NCBI GenBank assembly: GCA_965223985.1
Contig: OZ245030.1
Location: forward strand, 3,151,720 to 3,215,719
Reading direction: 5' to 3'
Source: Candidatus Poribacteria bacterium
GTDB taxonomy: Bacteria; Poribacteria; WGA-4E; PCPOR2b
DNA length: 64,000 nt
Shown here: piece by piece, positions 41,901-52,400 of the stretch
How positions within the stretch are numbered: the first letter of the stretch is position 1
How the letters are laid out: the number at the start of each line of letters is the position of its first letter
Translations under genes and position numbers: made by a program
Notes under the pieces: generated by a model
What the model was told of the DNA's origin: nothing
Databases searched by the model: none
The model's input: the letters and a program-made list of their open reading frames with translations, nothing else

Positions 41901-44900
41901 CGCTTACCGCCGAATCGGCGACGAGCGTGTTCGTAGGCGATCCGGTCAAACTCACCGTTAGCTCGGATGCGCGTGCTCCGGTTCGCGGTCTTGCGGTAAC
42001 GTTAGCGACCGATCCGGCTGATACAGGGATGTTCTCCCTGACCGAAGACGGGACAGCCACCACTTCGGTGACGATTGAGGATTCGGCTACTACGATGTCC
42101 ACCACGTTTTATTACATAGGCCCAAGTTCCATTGATACGGCATCTGTCGATGTCGAGTTGACGGCGACGGCTATGGTGGATGGCGAAGCCGTTGCATCTG
42201 ATCCCGTGGAAGTTAATGTCAGGTCCACGATTAGCATGCTGCAGGTTAACGGCATGCATGATGATCCGGAACCGGTGGAGGTTGGTGCCGCAATTACGGT
42301 GACAGCGATCGGTAAAGACGGCAGAGCCACCGTAACGGTAACTGACGCTGAAGAAGAGGCGGTCGAGTCACTAACAAATCTTGGACTTGATGTCGACTCC
42401 GATGCTACTGACGTACCGGCAGGTAGTGTTGCTTACAAGCGTAAAATTGAACTGCCGGACGATCTTGCCGAAGGCGATTACACCGTAACCGTGACTATTG
42501 ACGGCGTTTGGTTGCCAATAGAGATCAGTGTGGTGGCAGCCAGAGCACAGGTTACCGAATTGACGCTCACCGCGTCAGCGGATAATTTCTTCGCGGGCGA
42601 GTCAATCACAGTCACTGTTGCATCGGATGCTCGTGCACCCGTTGACGGTCTTGAGGTGACATTGTCGACAGATCCCGCAGATTCGGGAACGTTCTCCGAT
42701 CCCGAAAGCGAGGAGACCCTCAAGGGAGGGATGGTGACGATTGAGGATGCTGCGGATTCAATGTCTGCAGATGTTAATTACACCAACTCTGCGAGGGGGA
42801 CTTTCATGCTGACGGCGACAGCTATGGTTGATGGCGAGGCCGTTACATCTGACCCGTTGGAAGTTACGGTCAACCCCACGATTACCGTTCAGGTTAACGG
42901 CATGGACGCACCGGAAGCGGTGTTGCCCGGCGCCACAATTAGTGTGACGGCGAGCGGTAAAGCAGGCGGAGGCACCGTAATGGTAACCGACGCTGAAGGC
43001 GAAGCAGTCGAGTCATTAACAGGGCTTGGACTTAATGTCGACGCCGATGCTGCTGACGTTCCCGAAGGCAGCGTTGCCTACATGCGCGACATTGAACTGC
43101 CCGCGGATATTGCTGACGGCACTTACACAGTTACCGTGACAATTGGCAGCGAGTCGGTGCCAGTGATGTTGGAGGTCATGACACCCACAGAACCGGTCAC
43201 CGCTATCGCGATTGTACCGGATCCGACCAGCGTGTTTATCGGCGAGGACATTGCCGTCTCCGTGACGCTGTGGAGCGGTGCCGAAGAAGGGGCTGCCTCG
43301 GCAGCTATGGTCATCAACCTGACGGATGGCGAAGCCGGCGGTAGTTTCACCGATACCGAAGGCAATGCTATCACTTCGGTCACTATAGCCGTTGGAGGTT
43401 TCGACGCGTCTGCGAAATATAGCAATGCCAGCAGAGGCGAAATCACGCTGACCGCGACGGCAGCCGATGAGGCGTTGGAACTTGAGCCGGCAACCGCCGA
43501 TGTCACGGTCAAGCCCTCGATTTACAATTTTGAGGTTAACGGCACGGACGAGCTAGGCCCGCTGACGGCTGGCGTCACAATTACTGTGTCGGCGACCGGA
43601 AAAGAAGGTAAAGCCACCGTAACGGTAACTGACGCGGACGGCGAAGGGGTTGTGCCATCGAAAGGGCTTACAGGACTTGATGAAGAGCCCGATGAAGAGG
43701 GCAACGTTGATTACACGCGTAAATTTGACCTACCGGTCGTTCTTGCCGATGGCATTTACACAGTTACGGTTACCATTGCCGGCGAGACTGCCGCAATGGC
43801 AATCGAAATCATAAACGACCAATCAAAACCGGCGTTGAGCAACCAGAAGGTATTGCCCGACACGGTAGCGAGCGGCAGTGTGATTACGCTTAGAATCGAC
43901 GTGAGTTCTAATGTGCCTAATCCCGAGTTGTCAGTGATGGCGGATGTCAGCGAGATTGATGCCGACCAAGCCGCTGTTCAGTTGACGAAACTGCCCGGGA
44001 CGGAGAGCACCTATGCCAACATCTACGTGGTCAAAAACAGCGACCCGCAAGACGATGGCGAGAAGACCATCACGTTCATGGCGACTGATAGGATTGGCGG
44101 CGCAAGCGAAATGACTGTGTCCACGTCCTTGAAGAACGACGTTACGCCTCCGGTGCTGAGCGATCCGACCGCTATGCCTTCACCAGTGGTGAACGGTATG
44201 GACGTTACCATTTCGGTTAGCAGTGAATCCGGTCTCACGGTCACGGCAGATGCTTCCGAAATCGGCGGCGGCATGGTGACGCTGACCGAGGGTACGGTTG
44301 ACGACGGTATGGATGCCAACGGCAACGGTAATGGTATGGATGCCAACGGCAACGGTAATGGCATGGATGCCAACGGCAACGGTAATGGTATGGATGCCAA
44401 CGGCAACGGTAATGGCATGGATGCCAACGGTAACGGTAATGGCATGGATGAAGATATGGTCGGCACGGGCATGTATAGCAGCGACCCGATCACAGTCGCC
44501 GTTACTGAAGGTGGCGATCAGACCATCACCGTCAAGGCGACCGATGCCTCTGGTAACGAGGCTACCATAGACGTAACCGTCACGGTTGAGGTGCACGAGG
44601 TGACAAGCGTTACTTTCGTTCGCACGGGCGATACGGTTACGGTAACCACGATGGGCACCGCTGGATTGAAAGCGGAGTTCAGCGTCTTCAATGAAGCTAT
44701 GAAGATTATCGGTGAGAAGGCGATGACGGAATCGGATGATGGCGGAAGCTATACAGGCAGTTTCATCATTGTTGTAGACGCCCATCCCGCTGGTGAGTAT
44801 TGGATTTCTAGCAGCGTGGGTACTGCTGCCAGTATGACCGCAGAAGGTGCACTCACGATCGACCACGGGGCGCATTTCACCCTGTCAATCGGCGCGGGTA

Positions 44901-46102
44901 CGCATATAATCCATATCCCGTTAGATGTTAAGCAGATTAACGGCGAAGATGCGTTGATTGACACCGTCGGCGACCTATACGATGCGCTCGGCGAAGCGGT
45001 CAACTACATCATTACGGTCGGCGACGACGGTGGATGGAAGACTTACCTCGGCGATATGAGCGCGGGCACCGCAGCGGACGCGGCAATCGGCGACGATACC
45101 GGTTTGATTGTGGTGATGTCCGACGCTAAGACGCTTGAACTCGTTGGCGATGCGCTAGGTACCGCCGGCGCTTCACAAATTAACATTGACGTGGGGAACA
45201 ACCTCGTCGGTGTACCGCTTGATCCGGTGGTGGATATGATGATTAGCGCCGCGCTGGTCGAAGGTGTTAGTTCAATCTCGGTCTCCAAAGCCGATGGAAT
45301 GGGATTCCACACGATTAGGGAACCCGGCGACGACGGCGACGGTCCTGTCATAGGCGGCGTCGGCTATCTAGTTTCCTACATTGGAGCGGAACCAGCCAGC
45401 ATCCCGATATTCGGTTCAGCATGGGAGAACGACGGATCGGTTTCGGCAGCTCCTGCAATCGCCTTCAGCGGTTCGCAGACGCCGGTGCTGTATGTTGAGG
45501 GCGGCGTTATGGACGAGTTCGACATGTTGTCACGAGTTCCTGAACTCCGTGTCACTGTAAAGAACCTGTCTACAGGCGCTTCGCTCGACACCGTTCTCGG
45601 AACGGAGCAGTCTGCGACAGCGTACAGCGGTACGTTTGTTGAATTGAGCCGCCACGCAGCGAAGGCTGGCGATGTGCTGGAGATAGTAGCGCATTCACCG
45701 AACCCGTACGTTGGTGTTCGACCGGTTCAGCAGATTGTTGTTAGCGCGGAAGAGGTGTTGACGAGCCGTATCAGCTTGCCCGACCTGGAAGTCTACGAGA
45801 TTCCGTCGGAGAGCGAGCTGTTGGCTAACTACCCGAATCCGTTTAACCCTGAAACGTGGATTCCGTACCGGTTAGCGAAAGCTGCCGAAGTGACGTTGGA
45901 TATTTATGACACCAACGGACGCTTGGTACGGACCATTGATATCGGCTTCAAACCAGCCGCTGTGTACGAATCACGTGCATCAGCGATTTACTGGGATGGC
46001 CGCAACAACTACGGTGAACGCGTTGCCAGTGGCACGTACTTCTATCACTTAACTGCGGGCGATGATTATGCATCAACTCGCAGAATGGTGATCCTGAAGT
46101 AA
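38990..46102 (+). CDS. Giant secreted repeat protein (2370 aa) with Ig-like repeat modules and a T9SS-type C-terminal sorting domain
   Basis: AAGGAGG RBS then the ATG at 38990 (12-nt spacing) and signal peptide MLSRISKMSVFGIVALMLVLGLA. Four ~210-aa internal repeat modules (TALTLTAESATSVFVGDPVKLTVSSDARAPV... / TELTLTASADNFFAGESITVTVASDARAPV...). C-terminal CTD NYPNPFNPETWIPYRL...LDIYDTNGRLVRTI...WDGRNNYGERVASGTYFYHLTAG...MVILK. Confidence 0.85.
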   Translation: MLSRISKMSVFGIVALMLVLGLASDDAQGRDPAAGTYVVTMQTEPSVLRAADTATVTFTLTVDLRENKSTQDPIPEDQANADTAERTVTINIPGGSTGWSPNPVALSGETAVDPGEVSFAKTTVITDNTLAWISGSNARKLNIKIVAGIDGNGVYTIVYAAATVPNRKGDSYRFLIDNADTKDIPYSVDYATSGSGTVTMSPYSPLDAIVGGDADDKNAWNGKYVFNSKTALRPLKFTYKAAGSMPKDSTVSIVMTGGFSLHGKSSSVISVSGSGSPELSTPVDTVVVDESTTVVATVKAEGGLGAGQSIAITIRELVMPEVVAAADAPDTDNTITVTSTSGTTNFQDDARPVAIDNAAGDVDKGLFEFYTTAAPGTGEMTINSGGDPIQNMRVVEGTDLGTLVFGITGTDGMGPDAKFQIKVPGAPWPEPIKASGTIGVVADSEAAGHTANAEIGTGGAARTLSGSLTTNTLQSGTNNPEANANLNDTDNGGITYRAGAISVHGKHEFMLLTSSGPHGATLKERTGGDGADAYPRYIEVTAKHESGTFVVREGGSPLVQSKPANEHTLQLVFKATGYMPAGMVVFRFPDRWKSPRRDVAPPFEVGEVRFSNNATFIVNTDGTITATGDWRDEEIVVTYRGMVPGEAGTPPESHTFTVDASSFGGDASFPAPAARPAAYSHTIGPNLAADGSGTLAIEPKNANAGETINLNITYTAAGTMEDGSVVEVTIPEGWPDLDAPGTSVEIGAEGIVATLNESKRTLTATTVDDMVTDSKLVFNVTGVTAPAVGRGYQFTAQSKSHGELKSLSSRQISGAVINISNVAAGSALLTLVREDGTMAESAEPLDSFETAKITFTVGLAMQPGAEVRVTVPDGWTNEPFQDNGMPRTSGEVTLEGKADLSVEGSVLIAKANAQINPGETVTFTYHKPTAPEGETTSSFDTQASIVEGGGLLAVANQQTTVVVRSKVTALTLTAESATSVFVGDPVKLTVSSDARAPVRGLAVTLATDPADTGMFSLTEDGTATTSVTIEDSATTMSTTFYYIGPSSIDTASVDVELTATAMVDGEAVASDPVEVNVRSTISMLQVNGMHDDPEPVEVGAAITVTAIGKDGRATVTVTDAEEEAVESLTNLGLDVDSDATDVPAGSVAYKRKIELPDDLAEGDYTVTVTIDGVWLPIEISVVAARAQVTELTLTASADNFFAGESITVTVASDARAPVDGLEVTLSTDPADSGTFSDPESEETLKGGMVTIEDAADSMSADVNYTNSARGTFMLTATAMVDGEAVTSDPLEVTVNPTITVQVNGMDAPEAVLPGATISVTASGKAGGGTVMVTDAEGEAVESLTGLGLNVDADAADVPEGSVAYMRDIELPADIADGTYTVTVTIGSESVPVMLEVMTPTEPVTAIAIVPDPTSVFIGEDIAVSVTLWSGAEEGAASAAMVINLTDGEAGGSFTDTEGNAITSVTIAVGGFDASAKYSNASRGEITLTATAADEALELEPATADVTVKPSIYNFEVNGTDELGPLTAGVTITVSATGKEGKATVTVTDADGEGVVPSKGLTGLDEEPDEEGNVDYTRKFDLPVVLADGIYTVTVTIAGETAAMAIEIINDQSKPALSNQKVLPDTVASGSVITLRIDVSSNVPNPELSVMADVSEIDADQAAVQLTKLPGTESTYANIYVVKNSDPQDDGEKTITFMATDRIGGASEMTVSTSLKNDVTPPVLSDPTAMPSPVVNGMDVTISVSSESGLTVTADASEIGGGMVTLTEGTVDDGMDANGNGNGMDANGNGNGMDANGNGNGMDANGNGNGMDANGNGNGMDEDMVGTGMYSSDPITVAVTEGGDQTITVKATDASGNEATIDVTVTVEVHEVTSVTFVRTGDTVTVTTMGTAGLKAEFSVFNEAMKIIGEKAMTESDDGGSYTGSFIIVVDAHPAGEYWISSSVGTAASMTAEGALTIDHGAHFTLSIGAGTHIIHIPLDVKQINGEDALIDTVGDLYDALGEAVNYIITVGDDGGWKTYLGDMSAGTAADAAIGDDTGLIVVMSDAKTLELVGDALGTAGASQINIDVGNNLVGVPLDPVVDMMISAALVEGVSSISVSKADGMGFHTIREPGDDGDGPVIGGVGYLVSYIGAEPASIPIFGSAWENDGSVSAAPAIAFSGSQTPVLYVEGGVMDEFDMLSRVPELRVTVKNLSTGASLDTVLGTEQSATAYSGTFVELSRHAAKAGDVLEIVAHSPNPYVGVRPVQQIVVSAEEVLTSRISLPDLEVYEIPSESELLANYPNPFNPETWIPYRLAKAAEVTLDIYDTNGRLVRTIDIGFKPAAVYESRASAIYWDGRNNYGERVASGTYFYHLTAGDDYASTRRMVILK
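44306..44440 (+). repeat. Five near-identical tandem copies of a 27-bp unit (third-position T/C alternation) inside giant gene 1, encoding (MDANGNGNG)x5
   Basis: gg(t/c)atggatgccaacggcaacggtaat x5, in frame. Confidence 0.8.
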
Positions 46103-46116
46103 ATGTTCGCCGCAGA

Positions 46117-46165
46117 TTCACCCTTTAGCTGCTAGGCGGGCTCTGTACTGCTTAGCAGCTAATTT
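46117..46165 (+). terminator. Candidate intrinsic terminator of giant gene 1
   Basis: agctgctag-(15 nt)-cttagcagct stem followed by aattttttgtttt. Confidence 0.5.
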
Positions 46166-46187
46166 TTTGTTTTAGTTTGAAATCACC

Positions 46188-46215
46188 CCCCTCAGTCCCC
46201 CCTTGGTAAGGGGGG
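46188..46215. repeat. Copy of the CCCCCTTGGTAAGGGGGG hairpin repeat
   Basis: cccctcagtccccccttggtaaggggggagg; same family as the 26820-27015 array. Confidence 0.5.
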
Positions 46216-46269
46216 AGGAGAACAACAGTTCCAACTATTTAAAAAATTGCGGTACGAGAGAATAAACAA

Positions 46270-46305
46270 CTTTCAAACTGGTTGTTACTTGTGTTATAAT
46301 AGATA
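46270..46305 (+). promoter_or_regulatory. Candidate extended -10 promoter for giant gene 2
   Basis: tttcaaa ... TGtTATAAT (ctggttgttacttgtgttataatag). Confidence 0.4.
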
Positions 46306-46469
46306 TGTTTCGACGGCTTTATAAAACATAATTGGTCTGGTGTAAAATTTTTTGTTGTTTGTTTCATGAATTTGCTTTATGAAGTGTTTTGATTGGTCTT
46401 GGTCGGGCTCACTTTCCGAAACCCGCATGTGAGCCGAATTGATGAGCGAAATTTTTGGGAGGTTGAATA

Positions 46470-49400
46470 GTGTTTAACATCATGAGTAAGGGAAAACTCG
46501 TTTGGTTTCTGATTTTGGTTACACTTGCGAGTGGTTTGATGATGAGCGTAGCGCAGTCGGTCCACGCCCAATCGGTGAGCTTGTTCATATTGAATGGTAC
46601 GCTCACGGATGCGGATGGCGTTGCGCTGGTAGGGTACACCGTGGAGGCGCCAATTGCTGAAGAAAGCACATTTGGGAGCGGCGTATCTATAACAGACGAA
46701 CAAGGAAATTACTCGATCGAGTATAACGACTTGAGCGGAAGAGTCAGCGTTGGCGACTCAATTGAGGTAATTATCAAAGACCCTGACGGGAACGTTGTAG
46801 GGGAAACGTCGTATACCGTTACTTCTGCGGATATATCGCCTCGAATTGGACGGGCGACGCACGATATCGCAATTCAGATGTCAGGGCTGACGCTTGATTT
46901 GATTAACGTTCAGTTGCCTGCGGATGGCGAATCGACGGCGGAAATAACCGTTTCGATCGAGTCGGGCGATGGGCCGGTCATCGGTGACACGGTGACAATA
47001 ACGGCTGACATGGGCAGCGTCGGCGAGGTTACGGATAACGGCGACGGGACGTATACGGCTGTGTATACGGCGCCCGCGTTGGTTATTAATGAACCGGCGA
47101 CGGATACGATTACGGTGAGTTCTGACACAACAGGCGATTCGGTAACCGCGGTAATAACGTTGGAGCCGGTTCCGACGGACATTAGAGTATCGGTCGAGCC
47201 GAGCGCATTTATAGCGGGCTCGGGCGAGACTGGCGCCGTTTCGATTACAGTGAACCGCGGCGGCAACGCTGTGGTGGACGCAGACATTTCATTGGTAGTG
47301 AGACGCGCGGATGGCGGTGCCGACAGCGGCGCGGCTACTGATGTGACGAACAACGGTGACGGCACGTACAGCGCGACATTTACGGCTCCGAACACCGCGG
47401 GACAGATTGATTTTTCCGCAACGGACGCAGTTTCCGGCGCGAGCGGGATGGCGTCAGTTAATGTGAAGGCGGGACCTGCGGCGGCAATTTCGGTGACGGC
47501 AGCGCCCACGTCAGTTTCGAGCAACGGACGCGCAGTAATCACTGCAGCGGTCGCGGATGCATCGGGTAACGGTGTCGGCGGATTGACGCTTAGCCGTACG
47601 GCAGAGAGCGGCACGGTCGGCGAATTCAGCGAAGGGTCTACAGTTGGGAGTTACAGCGCGGCATATACCGCGGGTACGGTTGAGGCGGAAGGAGGGGATA
47701 CCGTAACCGTTAGCGTCGACGACCTATCCGGTCAGGTGACGATTAACCTTACACCGGTTCCGCCGAAGGCAGTAGAAATTCTTGTAATCACAGGCACAGT
47801 GAACAAGCAAGACGGTACGGGACCCGTCAGCGGGGTGAATGTAGAGGTTACAGTCGGCGACATGACGCAGCCACCGGCGCAGACGGACAGCAATGGAAAC
47901 TACACCGTCACCTTCTTCACTCCGGGCGGCGTTGCGGCACGCGAAGGCGAAAGCGTTACTGTTGTTGTCACGGACGACGCCGGCGAGGAACGCGGACGGG
48001 ACGAATCGGTATTGACGCGAGAGGAGCTAGGCGAGGGGAATTCCGCGGATATTGAGCGCAATGTGAATACCGATATTTTGGCGAGAACCACGTCGTTGGT
48101 GGTGACCGGTTCGGTGTTCCGCGAAGAGAGCGAGGTGCCGATTGACGACGTGTTTGAGATTACAGTGATGAACACGACGCGCGGGACGGAAATGTCCGGT
48201 ATGACGGACGAGAACGGAATGTATGTTCTCACCTTCTTCGGCACAGACGTTGTTGCTGAGACGGGAGACGAGATAGTAGTGACGGCTTCGAGAGAGGGAA
48301 GCGAATGGAGCAGTCCCCCGCATTCGTTGTCTTCGGAAGACGTTGAAGCGGGCAGAGCGATGGTGAACGTACCGACCGACATCAAGGCGTCAGCCCTAGC
48401 GCTTGTGGTGACGGGTAAGGTTCTCTTTGACGACGGGACCATTGCAGTTGGCGCCGGTGTGACCGTAACTTCGATTAACGATGGACGCGGACTGGAAGCG
48501 ACAGGCGAGACTAATGCAGATGGGATGTATTCCGTGACCTTCTTTACAGGTGATGTCGTTGCGGAAACTGGAGACGTGATTGTCGTCACAGCCGTGCACG
48601 ACGGCGACGCGGTCGGCAGCACGGAACGTACGCTCTCATCGGCTGAAGTGGACGCACAGCGCGCGGAAGGCGTGGATGTGGTTACCAGTATAAAAGCGTC
48701 AACGACGACGTTAGCGGTGACTGGTACGGCGTACTACGAAGGCAGCATGATCCCCGTCGGCGGCGGACAAACCGTGACTGTCGTGAACAACATGAACGGG
48801 ATGGAGTCCACCGGGACAACGGAGGAAGACGGTACGTTTGTCGTTACGCTCATAGCCATTGAGGGGGTTGCCGCGGAGACGGGCGACACGCTGACCATCA
48901 CGGTGACAAGCGAAGCGGACGGCAGCGGCAGCATTGAACATACGTTATCGGCGATGCAGATTGATGCGCAGCGCGCTATGGTTGATGTTCCGACGAACAT
49001 TAAGGCGACCTCATCAACGTTCGTTGTGTCAGGTACGGCATACCTTGAAGATGGGGTAAGCGGTGCGCCCCACGATTTGACCGTTAAAGTCATGAACGAA
49101 ACGCAGGGGATCAATGCGGAAGGCGTAACCGTTCCGGGCGGCGGATACATTGTGACGTTCTTGGAGACCGATGCAGCGGCTGTGAAGACTGCGGATGAGT
49201 TGACATTCGACGTGCTTGTAATGGCGGCAGACGAGACGCCCGTCGGGGAAACTTCCGTTACGCTCTCATCGGCTGATGTGGTTGCGCAGCGGATTGACGG
49301 CATAGATATCACGACGAGCCTCAGGGCTGACCCGACCAATGAGTTTGTCGTTTACGGTACGGTTCGAGATCCGTCGGGCAACATCGTTGGGGCGGGAGTA

Positions 49401-52400
49401 AAGGTGCGCGTCACCCTCGGCGAGCAGGCTGCGAGGGAACAGGAAACCGAAGCAGACGGTTCGTATCAGGAGACCTTCTTCATGCCGGGCGAAACGGATG
49501 CGAGCGTTTACGACACCGTGGTAATTCAGGCGGTCGACCGCAGCACCGGCGATTCGGCGTTTGAATCCATGCAGTTGGCTTCGCACCACGTGTTGGCGAA
49601 GCGTCTTATGTTTAACGTGATGCTGGTTCCGGACGATGAACCCCCGGTCGCCGTGGCAGCAGTGAGCCAGCGGTTCCTTGACACCGAAGAAGTCTCGACG
49701 TTCGACGCGAGCGGTTCAACCGACAACGTCTTTATTGACACGTACGTATGGGATTACGGAGACGGCACGAGCGGCAGCGGCGCGAAAACGACGCACGCTT
49801 ACGACCGAGCGGGACTGTATGTTGTAACGCTTACGGTTACCGACCTTGCCCGAAACGCGACTACGGTCTCACGCGAAATCTTTGTGAGCACGGTACGGCT
49901 CGGCGGAATTTCAATCAACACCCGGCACGCGCGAGAGGTTCTTGACCAAATCATCGGCTTGGCAATCGCTAAGACCGACCTTGCTCAGCAGATGGGAACG
50001 GAAGCGCTCTTGCAGATGATGCGCGCTAATCCGGCGATTCAAGCGGCTGTGGCTGAAGCGATTGGCGGGGCATTACCGCCCGGCTTAATACCTATGCAGC
50101 TACTCAGGGAAAATCTGCCGCTGATTTTCGAGCAGTACGAAAACATTGACTTGGAAAACTTCGGCAACGCAGTGACCGCACGTGTCGACGCGAGCGGCGG
50201 TATCCTGGGATCAGCAACTCCGGGATTCGGCAGAGTCGTGACCGGCGAGAAGTTGGACCTCTACCTTGCGACACCGCGTGCAGATGTTGGCAGTGTCACG
50301 TTTAGGTTCGACGAAGCTACAACCGATGCGGACGAGGTCATCGACAGTCTGCCGCACACGTTCCAGTTGGAAGAGGAGCAAGCGATTCTACTGCTGCCCT
50401 CATGGCCCGGCGTGCGGGATGGAATGGACGGCGTGTTCTCAACGGTGACGTTGATGTTGGCGTCTGAAGAGTTGCCGTCGGCATACCACAATCTAATTTC
50501 GAGAAATGCCTGGTCATACCGCGAAACGAGCGATTATCAGGCTGCGTCCATGAGTCCAAGGACGATTAACGGAAAGATTGTATGGGATGTCCAAGCGGAC
50601 ATTGAACCCGGAAAGATATATTACTACTATTACGCAGTCGAACTCGCGTATCCCGTCACACTGAATTTGGGCGAGGGTCAGGAGAGCATGGAACTCTCGC
50701 AGTACGCATTGCCAGACCCGCGCAACCTTCAAATTCAGGATCGCGGCATAGCTGAGGCGGTATTCACACCCGAGCTTCAGGAAGCGATTGCACCGCTGCT
50801 GAACCCGATACTTGCGGGCATTATCAGTGGACAAGCTGTTACGTTCGAGGATGTTATCGCGAGCGTGACGCCCGAAGCGTGGGTGAACCTGTTGGGCGCA
50901 GCATTGAATTCAGCAACTCCGCTTCTTGAAGAGATTTCAATGACGATGGATACGCAGATGATTTCCGTGTTCACCGTTCCGCTGGTGAACGAAGCGCAGT
51001 CGCTCTGGCACACGAGTATTGATTTATCAGTGTTCCCGGACGGCGTTCACACAATTGATGCGAACGCGTTTGATTCGCTTGGAATTCAGATAGATAACCG
51101 ACCGGTTTTCGGTAAGACCTTCACGTTGGATCGGACTGCACCAGTTTACGATGTGTCGGCTGCACCGGCTCAGAATTCGTCGATGTATATGCGCGACGAC
51201 GGCGTATTGATTGCGACAGGATTGCCGCCCGCTGGCGAGGGCAGCCCGATGGCGACGCTTCAACTGATGTCAAGCCCGAACGGCGATGTGAGCGATGCGG
51301 CTGAAGGGTTGTACCAGATTATTCGGCACAGCGATGACGCCGTTGAACAAGCGTCACAAACTTGGGTCAACATTTTCGCGAGCGAATTGGCACCGATGTT
51401 CCAAGGGCTAACGCCTGAAGACATCACCGCATTCTTGGTTACGTTCCCGAATCTAGCGACGTTGAACGCGCCTCTGAGTTTGGACGCGCCTGGGATTGAG
51501 ACGTTCCTTCCGGAACAGATGGAGATGTTGATTCGCGGTGCTAACAGCCAGCCCGAACTGATTGTCGGAGAATACGGGCTGCGTTTCATCGCACGGGATT
51601 CCGTATTTAATATGTCAACGGATACCGCGCCGATACGGTTGAACATTGTTCCACCGGATGCGGATACCGCGATGGTTGTGCGGATATCGCTCGGCGATTG
51701 TAACGGCGACGGCGACTCAGACGACCTGTATGAGACAGGCGCTCCTGCGGACATGATTCTGTTCTCGGACACGCCGAATGTGGTGTTGACCGCAGAGATT
51801 ATGAAACAGGTTCACCCGATAACCTCAATCCTGTTCCAGTATAGGATGGGGGATGAAGGCGAATGGATGGATGTCGGTACACTTGACGCAGATATGGTCG
51901 CCGGCGCTGCTGTCGGCTCACAGTATGATGCGGCTTGGAGCATTGACAACTTGGGCGCGATGATTCAGGCAGGTATGCCGGTAATGGTTCGCGCGGTTGT
52001 CACGAATGCACTCTCCATTTCTGATACTGAGGCTGGCGAAGCTGCAATAGCGGTGAAAGACCATCCGTGCCCGATCGAAACTGAAGTTCACGACCTTGCA
52101 CACAGCGTTACCGACCGTAACCCCGACAGCAACGCGCCGCTGGGCGCGATTATGCTTCAGGCAATCACCCGCGAGCTAACCTCACCTCCTTCGATGAGCG
52201 TAGTTTTTGAGGCGCGCCGTATGCAAGGTGAGGAGTGGATGTCAGTCGGCGAAACGGCGATAGCGGATAGCGTTGTCGAAGAGTCTATCACCGATGCACT
52301 TGAAGAGGTGTTGGAGGAGGTTATCGACGGCGAGCAGACCGCAGTGTTAGTTCCGACGCGGCGTGTATGGTCGTTTGAACTTGATAGCACAACACTAGAA

